64,000 nucleotides of DNA, from assembly GCA_964612345.1 (NCBI GenBank), contig CAZTEH010000004.1, positions 18,265 to 82,264 of the forward strand, written 5' to 3'. Origin of the DNA: an uncultured Oscillospiraceae bacterium (lineage in GTDB: Bacteria; Bacillota; Clostridia; Peptostreptococcales; Anaerovoracaceae). Positions 46,274 to 53,938 of the stretch are shown here, one piece after another. A program made the translations under genes and the position numbers. The stretch's first letter is position 1; each line of letters starts with the position of its first letter. Under the pieces are notes generated by a model. That model searched no databases. It was not told where the DNA came from and saw nothing but the letters and a program-made list of their open reading frames with translations.

Positions 46274-47497
46274 TTATTTTATCGTTGCGGTTTTAACTCC
46301 GACACCGCTGCTAAGTCCATAATCGTTTACCGCAAGAACATACTCCAATAATGCTTTGGAGTACGATAATTGCTGATTATAATAACCAAGCTGTGCTTCC
46401 TCTACATCAGATAATGTTGCCATCCCAGAATCATATTGAAGTTGGGTTAATCTAACAGTTTCTTTTGAGTTCTCAACAGCCTTCTTTCCAGTCTGCACGG
46501 CAGAATACTTTTGATTCATTGCCATGTATTTTGTTCTGACATCATTTTCAACAGTTAGAGGTGCATTCTTATATCCGGTCTCGGCAGATAACATGGCCAT
46601 CTTTGCGGCAATATACTTTGAAGAAGTCGATGGGAGCTTTGAATAATTAGCAAATGATAGTTTCGTCATATCCCTATTATATAAGGCTTCTGCTATTTCA
46701 TTTCGATTAATCAAAGCGGACTTAATAGAATCTTGTAACGATTTTGTTGACAAAGGGATTTCTTTTATTGTGTCGGTTAATGCTACTTTTTGCATTAAGT
46801 CATATCCCATGAATTGATTAAAGGACATTTTCATAGTATTAAGACCATTTGCTGCAGCCGAAAACTGATCTTTTGCTTCGTAAACGGACACTTCTGCTTT
46901 CAACACATCATTTTTGGATACGGTTCCAAGTTTATATTTTAACTGTGTATTTGATAGAAGTTTTTCTTTTAACGCTAAATTATCTTTTGCAATTTGTTCC
47001 TGATTTTCAAGCTCCTTAAAAGTATAATAATTATTAAGTGTATCTGTTTTCAGTTTGTTTATTTCCGCATCATAATTCTTTGGCCCTTGAGTCGTTGCAT
47101 AAGCTCTATTATATTTCAGCATTGCTTTGTTGGAATTATCATACTCCCAGAATGAAGCAGGATCATTTTCTGCTTTATTTATATTTTTAACTGATTCTCC
47201 ATATCCTTGAGCAACACCATAAGAATTCTGCTTATTCAGTTCAGCCATCTGAGCCCCTGAGCTGTCTGCAAGCATTTTTTTATAGGCATTATCAAGGGTT
47301 AGATTGATTGGTGTTCCCGTAAAGGTCATATCAGGAACGATAGTAACGGCTGCCCCTGTCGTTTCTATGGCTGATGATGTAGTAGTGATTGTTCCTGTAG
47401 CTGCAACGGTAGTTTTCGCTGACTCTGCTGCAAAAGCTACAGTGATTCCGCTCAGTATTAATAATAATACCAGGCTTGTACATAAAACTTTTTTCAT
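46274..47497 (-). CDS. TolC-like (outer membrane efflux protein family) secreted protein
   Basis: 407 aa with signal peptide MKKVLCTSLVLLLILSGITVAFA. Two OEP-type halves carry LTLDNAYKKML..., LKYKLGTVSKNDVLKAEVSVYEAK and LTQLQYDSGMATLSDVEEAQLGYYNQQLSY..ALLEY. Confidence 0.65.
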   Translation of the reverse strand: MKKVLCTSLVLLLILSGITVAFAAESAKTTVAATGTITTTSSAIETTGAAVTIVPDMTFTGTPINLTLDNAYKKMLADSSGAQMAELNKQNSYGVAQGYGESVKNINKAENDPASFWEYDNSNKAMLKYNRAYATTQGPKNYDAEINKLKTDTLNNYYTFKELENQEQIAKDNLALKEKLLSNTQLKYKLGTVSKNDVLKAEVSVYEAKDQFSAAANGLNTMKMSFNQFMGYDLMQKVALTDTIKEIPLSTKSLQDSIKSALINRNEIAEALYNRDMTKLSFANYSKLPSTSSKYIAAKMAMLSAETGYKNAPLTVENDVRTKYMAMNQKYSAVQTGKKAVENSKETVRLTQLQYDSGMATLSDVEEAQLGYYNQQLSYSKALLEYVLAVNDYGLSSGVGVKTATIK

Positions 47498-47564
47498 TGA
47501 ATCTCAAATCCTTTCTCTTCTTTTAAATAAATGATATCTTTCTGACTCGTCGGTCAGCATTTTT

Positions 47565-47593
47565 ATTTTACTCCTAAATACAACAATCGTCAA
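47565..47593 (-). promoter_or_regulatory. Sigma-A-like promoter of the TolC-like gene
   Basis: On the minus strand: TTGACG (47593-47588), 17-nt spacer, TAAAAT (47570-47565). Confidence 0.45.
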
Positions 47594-47685
47594 TATACAA
47601 TTCGCCATTATGTGTTGAATTTGCGTGGGTTTGAGCGGGTCCATATTTCCCAAAATCATGGTAACAGTTAATTATTAACTCAATA

Positions 47686-47745
47686 TGAACGAAAAAGAAA
47701 ACGAGCCTGCACAGATGCCATTTGAATGACATCTGAAGAGGCTCG
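47686..47745 (-). terminator. Intrinsic terminator ending the Cache-to-Cys-rich-protein operon
   Basis: On the minus strand, CGAGCCT...AGGCTCG (47745-47739 / 47708-47702) encloses the inner stem CAGATG/CATCTG and is followed by TTTTCTTTTT. Confidence 0.65.
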
Positions 47746-47778
47746 GGTTAAATTTTGTTAAGTTAAGTTTGGTTCCGG

Positions 47779-47982
47779 CTACTGCTTAACGAGCTCCGCA
47801 AACGCTTCAAAGCTCCAATCGGTTCTTCCGGTGATATCATCGGTAACCTTCAGGAAGAAGCATTTTGGCATTTCTCTGCATTTCAAACTGTCCTCAACGC
47901 ATAGGCTGCAGCCTTGGTCGTGATTATGCGGATTGAAGGAACAGGTATAGTCCGTGCACGGGCAAAAAGGTGAACTTGACAT
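47779..47982 (-). CDS. Small Cys-rich protein (67 aa, DUF6485-like)
   Basis: SPFCPCTDYTCSFNPHNHDQGCSLCVEDSLKCREMPKCFF gives 7 Cys in 40 residues. Its ATG overlaps the upstream stop (TAATG), implying translational coupling to the amidohydrolase. Confidence 0.6.
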   Translation of the reverse strand: MSSSPFCPCTDYTCSFNPHNHDQGCSLCVEDSLKCREMPKCFFLKVTDDITGRTDWSFEAFAELVKQ

Positions 47983-49679
47983 TATGCATCTCCCTTTCTT
48001 TCGTAAATAACCGTTCCGTCCATCATGGTCATGTCCACATGACTGTTCATGATTTCAGAAGGATCCACATCAAACAGATTCTTGTTGATCACGACGATAT
48101 CGGCGAAGTTCCCCGGTACCAGTGTCCCCAGTTCATTCTCCCTGCTCACGCCATAAGCGGAACCGTAGGTATAGCTGCGAAGGATCTCATACAGGGTAAG
48201 CTTCTGAGTCGGATTCCAGCCGCCTTCCGGTTTGCCGTCGTTATGCAGTCTGGTTACGGCTCGGTAGATTTCCAGAAACGGATTGTTGTCCACCACCGGA
48301 CAGTCGCTTCCGATTGCCAGGACTCCTGCGGTATCATACAGACTCTTCAGAGGCCAGGTCTTGCCGGCACGTTCCGGTCCAAGGGTGATGGGATAAGGAT
48401 TTTCGTCAAAGATCTGAGTCAGAGCGATGTGCTCCGGCTGAACGGACGGGATGATCCCTAGTTCTCCAAATCGCGGCAGATCCTCATCGGACAGCATTTC
48501 AATGTGCTCGATGGCATGACGGCATTGATTCTTTCCATACATCTTGATCGCATTCTCGTAATAATCCAGACCCATCCTCGCCGACTTGTCGCCGCAGGAA
48601 TGGAGCTTTACGGAGAAGCCTCTGCGATGCGCTTCGGGCACGGCATTTTTAATGGCTTCCGTATCGTTGAGGGAAATGCCGAAGTTCCCCGGAGCGTCTG
48701 TATATTCTTCCAGCACCAGAGCGGTATGAGTGGTGCTCACTCCATCCAGAAATTGCTTCAGCATCTCGACGCGAAGCTTATCGGATCGATATTTCTCACG
48801 CCATTCTTCCGCCTGATCCAAATCTCCGAGAAGATCTGGGGCGGCATGGATTCGAACAGTCAATTCGCCTTTCTTATCCATATCACTGTAAACGTCCAGA
48901 TTCCCCATGTTGCCGTGGAAATAAGGCTGTACGTCATTGACAGATGTGATTCCGTATTCTGCCGCACCCTGCTGGTAAGATCGGATCAAGACTTTTTCCT
49001 GCTCCGGAGTGAAAACCAGGGCATATTTCCCAACAAGTCCGGTAGCGGATTCATAAAGAAATCCCGTGGCTTCTCCTGTTTCATCTCTTGCGATCTCTCC
49101 GCCAAAAGGACTCGGGGTATCATTAGTGATGCCTGCGATCTCAAGCGCCTTGCTGTTGACCCAGGCTCCGTGTGCCTCGGCATTTACAAGGAAGACCGGT
49201 CTGTCCGGGAAGTATTGATCCAAAGACTTCTTTGTCGGCAGAGTTCGGTTATCCCAGAACACATGGTACCAGCTGAAGCCGACCACCCATCCGTCTATAT
49301 CCGATGAAGGAGGGTGCTCAGGCTGCTCGCAGCCGCCGAAGGGAACCATGGGTTCCCTAGCGGAAGCGGCGTCAGCCGCTTTTTTGACCATGAGCGCCGC
49401 TTCCTCTTCCGATCTTGCATCGATTAAATTGACGTAAGTCCGGAACATACCGGCCATCAGAAGATGGGTATGACTGTCATGGAAACCCGCCATGACCAGC
49501 TTGTCACCATAGTCAAGCACTTTTGTATCGGCATCGATATATTCATTTGCATCTTTTCGATCTCCAACACCGATAATCTTGTTGCCCTTCACGGCAACGT
49601 AGCCGCAAAAAGGCTTCTCCGCAACACTGTCAAAGACCGCATTGCTCTTTATTACAATATCCGCTTTCATTCTTCTCAC
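47982..49679 (-). CDS. Metal-dependent amidohydrolase (Amidohydro_3-like, 565 aa)
   Basis: VMAGFHDSHTHLL (HxH metal site), KLHSCGD, AIEHIE, LAIGSDCPV. The start is uncertain (GTG 49679 or ATG 49670). Confidence 0.8.
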   Translation of the reverse strand: MRRMKADIVIKSNAVFDSVAEKPFCGYVAVKGNKIIGVGDRKDANEYIDADTKVLDYGDKLVMAGFHDSHTHLLMAGMFRTYVNLIDARSEEEAALMVKKAADAASAREPMVPFGGCEQPEHPPSSDIDGWVVGFSWYHVFWDNRTLPTKKSLDQYFPDRPVFLVNAEAHGAWVNSKALEIAGITNDTPSPFGGEIARDETGEATGFLYESATGLVGKYALVFTPEQEKVLIRSYQQGAAEYGITSVNDVQPYFHGNMGNLDVYSDMDKKGELTVRIHAAPDLLGDLDQAEEWREKYRSDKLRVEMLKQFLDGVSTTHTALVLEEYTDAPGNFGISLNDTEAIKNAVPEAHRRGFSVKLHSCGDKSARMGLDYYENAIKMYGKNQCRHAIEHIEMLSDEDLPRFGELGIIPSVQPEHIALTQIFDENPYPITLGPERAGKTWPLKSLYDTAGVLAIGSDCPVVDNNPFLEIYRAVTRLHNDGKPEGGWNPTQKLTLYEILRSYTYGSAYGVSRENELGTLVPGNFADIVVINKNLFDVDPSEIMNSHVDMTMMDGTVIYERKGDA

Positions 49680-49770
49680 TTATTCCCTTTCTTCAACTAG
49701 TAAGAAATCTAGCAATATAAAGTGATATTAGTTTATTAACGAAATGAAATCTCCATTATAAGCAGAGTCT

Positions 49771-49911
49771 TTTTAGGAATTACTATGCTTTCAAATTTTG
49801 CGAATAAGGTTTTCTGCGAGCTTGCGAAGAAAAGCATTGTTTGAGCGAAGCGAGTTTGCTTTTCTATCAGAAAGCCACGAGCAAAATTTATTAAAGTATG
49901 AATTCCTAAAA
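49771..49911. repeat. Imperfect nested palindromic element of about 140 bp (REP/MITE-like) between the amidohydrolase and permease genes
   Basis: Outer arms: TTTTAGGAATT (49771-49781) with AATTCCTAAAA (49901-49911). Next arms: AAATTTTGC (49793-49801) with GCAAAATTT (49881-49889). Inner 9-bp stem: AGAAAAGCA (49828-49836) with TGCTTTTCT (49857-49865). The core holds reiterated GCGAG/GCGAAG units. Confidence 0.5.
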
Positions 49912-49942
49912 CCAACTCTGCGAATAATGGATAATAGAATTT

Positions 49943-51343
49943 TTATTCCTCCATCTTCAAATCCGGTGGAAGCTTTCGGAAGAAGTTGGTGGTGGCGGCA
50001 AGGTAGACGACGCCTACGGCAAGCCAGCTGAAGCCCAGCATCTTGGAGTTGGCATCCAGGCTGATCCAGATGGCCAGGCAGACGAATGCTCCGCCCAAAG
50101 GCAGGATCAAATACTTGATGAGGCTCATACCGGAACGCTCTTTTTTCTTGATAAAGTAATGAGCGATAACGGAGATGTTAACCAAGGCAAAGCCTGCAAG
50201 TGCACCAAAGTTGATCAGGGACGCTGCTACACCCAGAGATAACTTAATACCGATAAGGCTGATCGCACCGATCAAGAAAATATTGTAGGTAGGGGTCTTG
50301 TGTTTTGGATGGATGTAATTAAAGAATTTCTTAGGAAGGGATCCATCGCGTCCCATGCTGTACAGTATTCTTGCTGCAGAAGCCTGGGAAGCCATGGCGG
50401 AAGCCAGACAGCCGATGCAGTAAGCAGCGGTAAATAAATATCCCATGGTAGCACCGGCTATTTTTCCTATCAATTCATAGGCACCGGAATCTATTGATTC
50501 GAAGTCAGACCATGCAGTTGGCCATGCCAGTTGACTTAGATATGCGACCACGATAAATACAACGCCGGCGCCTAGACAAGTAATAATGATTGCTTTTCCG
50601 ATGTTTTTTTCCGGATCGATCGCTTCTTCGGATACAGTGGTTACCGCATCGAAACCAAGGAAGGATAATGCCAGTATCGAAGCTCCTGTTAAAATAACAC
50701 CAAATCCCATGGAGGAGAGCTCTGCATTGTTAACGAATGCATTCATATCGAAGAAGGTAGCTGCTCCGCCTCCGGAAACCAGATATTTGATAACAAAGAT
50801 GACAAAGGCCAATAAGAAGATCCCTTGTATCACGATAAGACCATTGTTGACCCATGCGGTGAGCTGTATTCCGAAATAGTTTACAATTGTTACAACAACA
50901 ATGTATCCAACGATCCATGCCCAAGCCGGAACGCCTGGGAATACAGGAGCTAAGAAGATTGCTGCAAGCAGATAATTGATCATTGGCAGTAATAAATAGT
51001 CCATCAGGATCGCCCAGCCTGCCAGGAAGCCCAGATGCGGATTCATGGATCGCTGCACATAGGTGTAAACTGATCCCGCCACAGGATAAGCTTTTACCAT
51101 TTGGCTATAGCTTAAAGCGGTCAGGACCATCGCTACGGTGGCGACCGCATAGGTCAGAGAGAGCATGCCGTGTGTCATGTTTGAAACGAGTCCGTATGTA
51201 GAAAAGATGGTCAATGGGCAAAGATAGGCTAATCCATAGAAGATCAGCGAGCTCAAAGGAAGAACCCGGTTCAGCGTTTGCTCATAACCAAACTTTTCTA
51301 GTCTTTTCGTGTCTTGTACATTTTGTGAATCCATTTTTTTCAC
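49943..51343 (-). CDS. APC-superfamily amino acid/polyamine permease
   Basis: 466 aa with about 12 TM segments. YSQMVKAYPVAGSVYTYVQRSMNPHLGFLAGW is typical of APC (PuuP/YkfD-like) transporters. AAAGGGTGA RBS. Confidence 0.9.
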   Translation of the reverse strand: MKKMDSQNVQDTKRLEKFGYEQTLNRVLPLSSLIFYGLAYLCPLTIFSTYGLVSNMTHGMLSLTYAVATVAMVLTALSYSQMVKAYPVAGSVYTYVQRSMNPHLGFLAGWAILMDYLLLPMINYLLAAIFLAPVFPGVPAWAWIVGYIVVVTIVNYFGIQLTAWVNNGLIVIQGIFLLAFVIFVIKYLVSGGGAATFFDMNAFVNNAELSSMGFGVILTGASILALSFLGFDAVTTVSEEAIDPEKNIGKAIIITCLGAGVVFIVVAYLSQLAWPTAWSDFESIDSGAYELIGKIAGATMGYLFTAAYCIGCLASAMASQASAARILYSMGRDGSLPKKFFNYIHPKHKTPTYNIFLIGAISLIGIKLSLGVAASLINFGALAGFALVNISVIAHYFIKKKERSGMSLIKYLILPLGGAFVCLAIWISLDANSKMLGFSWLAVGVVYLAATTNFFRKLPPDLKMEE

Positions 51344-51407
51344 CCTTTCATTCGTAATATATAAAATAATAACGGGAACATAAGGATTTCCGGAACCGAA
51401 TCCGGAT

Positions 51408-52286
51408 TTACTTGATCGACAGATACATCAGTTCGCCGTAGGAGTCCACTCTTCTGTCGCGATGGAACTGCAGGATATCTCTCGCACGTTTGATCTCATC
51501 CAGATCCAGCTCTGCAACGATGAGGTCTTCTTCTTTTCTCTTGCCTTCTGCAATCAGATTGCCCCAGGGATCGGATACGAAGCTTCTTCCGTAAAATTCC
51601 ATGAATCCGCTGCCGTCGGCGGCATCTTCCCGGCCGACGCGATTGCAGGCGCAGACGTAAAAGTTGTTATGGATCCCGTGGCCGCGAATGGCATCGACCC
51701 AAGTCTGGGAGGTATCCAAATCCGGATTGTCCGGCTCCGAGCCGATGGCGGAAGGATAGAAGATGAAGTCTGCACCCTTGATTGCCATGATTCTGGTTGG
51801 CTCCGGGAACCATTCATCCCAGCAGATCAGAACGCCGAAGGTTCCGTACTTCGTCTTCCAGACGGTATAAGGAGAATCTCCCGGAGTGAAGTAGTATTTC
51901 TCTAGGTACTGTGGACCTTCCGGAATGTGATGCTTTCTGTAAACGCCGAGCATGGTGCCGTCCGCGTCGATGACCGCCGCGCTGTTGTAGTAAACGCCGT
52001 CCATGGCATATTCGTAGAAACAGCTGACGATGACGACATCCAGTTCCTTTGCCAGAGCCATCATTTCCAGATTGGTCGGTCCGTCTGCCGGTTCCGCCCA
52101 GTCGTATTTGGTATAGTCAATGATCTGCGCAAAATACTGACCGTTAAAGAGCTCCTGGGTGCAGATTATTTTCGCCCCCTTCGCAGCCAGCTCGCGGACT
52201 TGCGATTTTGCCTTCTTTAGATTCTCGCTTCGGTCGGTAACGCAGGCAAACTGCGTCATTCCAATGATGACCTTTCCCTTGTTCAT
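51408..52286 (-). CDS. aguB: Nitrilase-superfamily C-N hydrolase, N-carbamoylputrescine-amidase-like
   Basis: 292 aa with ICTQELF (Glu), YRKHHIP (Lys) and VLICWDEWFPE (catalytic Cys). Length and motifs match AguB-type enzymes. Confidence 0.7.
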   Translation of the reverse strand: MNKGKVIIGMTQFACVTDRSENLKKAKSQVRELAAKGAKIICTQELFNGQYFAQIIDYTKYDWAEPADGPTNLEMMALAKELDVVIVSCFYEYAMDGVYYNSAAVIDADGTMLGVYRKHHIPEGPQYLEKYYFTPGDSPYTVWKTKYGTFGVLICWDEWFPEPTRIMAIKGADFIFYPSAIGSEPDNPDLDTSQTWVDAIRGHGIHNNFYVCACNRVGREDAADGSGFMEFYGRSFVSDPWGNLIAEGKRKEEDLIVAELDLDEIKRARDILQFHRDRRVDSYGELMYLSIK

Positions 52287-53776
52287 TTTTTTGTACTCCC
52301 TTCTACTTTATTATTGGATCGGACGGAATTCTCGTCCAGATAGTAAATGCCTCCAAGTTTTTTGTTCTGATCATGGATGTAGGTCAAATCTCCTAACAGA
52401 TGGGTTATCTGCTCTAAAAGCATCTTGCTTTCTTCCAATTGGAATTCATTCAGATAACCATTGATCGAATTGCTGTCGTAATGCTGGTGCATGCGTTCCA
52501 GGATGATTTCCAGCTTATTGGCAGTCGAAGTCAGTTTTTCCTGTGCGAGCTCCTCGATGTAGAGATTCTCTTTTAAAGCAAGAATGAACTTCTCTGTCGT
52601 CATCCGGATAAATTCGATTTCATCCAGCATTTTCTGTCCTTCGCTGTTTCTGCCGAATTTTATTGTCCGTGTATCTTTCTGAAGATCCTGACAGAATAAT
52701 TTGTGGATTTTTCGCTGCGCTTCGTCCACGGGCTTTGCAATGTATTTCCCTAAAAAATAGGCGACAGCGGCACAGAGTATGATTCCAACCAGAATCACGG
52801 TGTCGATGAGTGTTCGAATGTAATTCAGATCTTTGAATATTTCCTGGGACTTCACTTCGATAACAAAAATATATCCATTGCTCATTTTGCCGTAGCTCAG
52901 CACCTTGCCGTCGGTGGCTTTTCCAATAAATACACGCTTTGACGTACCGTTTTCGATGACATCAATCAATTTTTGATATCCTGCCTCCGGATCGGCCAGA
53001 TTGGTATTCCCGTTTACTTCTTTTGCACCGGGGGTAACGATGACGTCATAGTCGCTGCTTAACAGGAACGCATACCCCGTATCGAGTACCTTGAATTTCT
53101 CGATAATGGTTTTTACCGATTCAAAGGTCATGTCGATGCCGGCCACGCCGATGAGCTGGTTCTTGTAATATAACGGTGCATTGTAGGAGATCATATAATA
53201 ACCGGTATAGATATCGATGTAAGGCTTGCTCCAGACGCCTGTCTTTGCTGTGACCGCATCGTAATACCAGCCCATTTTTTCATTGCTGGGATAGAAGTTC
53301 TTTTTCAGCTCCATATTGCTTCGCTGGATTTCGCCGGTGAGATTTTTATCCAGAAACCAGACGCCGTAGGTCTCATCGTCTTCTCCCAGATGAAGCGGGA
53401 TGCTCGGCTCGAAATCGAAATAAATGCCCAGAAAATCATCCAGATTGTCTACCGCGAACTGCTTTGTCAATGCAACCAGCATCTGATCCTGATAATTTCT
53501 TAAATAGGCATCCGGGTCGGAGTAAAGCGCATCGTAATCGATGGTTCCGTTGATGGCGGACAGATAGGAATCCAGGGTGTTTTCTACCTTTTCCGTGGAA
53601 TTGCTGAAGATGCTCGCGTAATTTTCGGCAGTCATCTCCAGATTTTTATATACGTTTTCCTCGACGACTTTGCTGCTCTGGTAAAGAACCAGTCCGCCGA
53701 TGGCCGCGGATAGCACCGAGGCACAGAGCATGACCACGACCATGATTTTGCTGCTTGTTCTCCAAATCTCTTTCAT
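52283..53776 (-). CDS. Membrane sensor with extracytoplasmic double-Cache-like domain and a ~165-aa coiled-coil cytoplasmic tail without recognisable output domain
   Basis: Preferred start is ATG 53776 (MKEIWRTSSKIMVVVMLCASVLSAAIGGLVLY, TM1); the track ORF extends to 53923. Cache-like core: GVWSKPYIDIYTGYYMISYNAPLYYKNQLIGVAGIDMTF. TM2: VILVGIILCAAVAYFLGKYI. There is no H-box, MCP, GGDEF or HD motif afterwards. The stop overlaps the aguB-like start (ATGA). Confidence 0.65.
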   Translation of the reverse strand: MKEIWRTSSKIMVVVMLCASVLSAAIGGLVLYQSSKVVEENVYKNLEMTAENYASIFSNSTEKVENTLDSYLSAINGTIDYDALYSDPDAYLRNYQDQMLVALTKQFAVDNLDDFLGIYFDFEPSIPLHLGEDDETYGVWFLDKNLTGEIQRSNMELKKNFYPSNEKMGWYYDAVTAKTGVWSKPYIDIYTGYYMISYNAPLYYKNQLIGVAGIDMTFESVKTIIEKFKVLDTGYAFLLSSDYDVIVTPGAKEVNGNTNLADPEAGYQKLIDVIENGTSKRVFIGKATDGKVLSYGKMSNGYIFVIEVKSQEIFKDLNYIRTLIDTVILVGIILCAAVAYFLGKYIAKPVDEAQRKIHKLFCQDLQKDTRTIKFGRNSEGQKMLDEIEFIRMTTEKFILALKENLYIEELAQEKLTSTANKLEIILERMHQHYDSNSINGYLNEFQLEESKMLLEQITHLLGDLTYIHDQNKKLGGIYYLDENSVRSNNKVEGSTKK

Positions 53777-53938
53777 CTGCAAATCCAATCCCTCCATAAT
53801 ATCTATGTTGAAGTATATCGCCTTATCATATAAAACAAATAATAGAATAATCAAAAAATAATAAAAATTCAGACGACTGTGGTTGTATCTTGATGATTTG
53901 GGGATTCGGCGGTATAATGACAAGTAATTTATTGAAGC

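Noticed and set aside
48504-49307. 267-aa plus-strand ORF
   Set aside because: It is an antisense shadow of the amidohydrolase gene in a GC-richer region, with Arg/Ser/Leu-rich composition typical of an out-of-frame reading.
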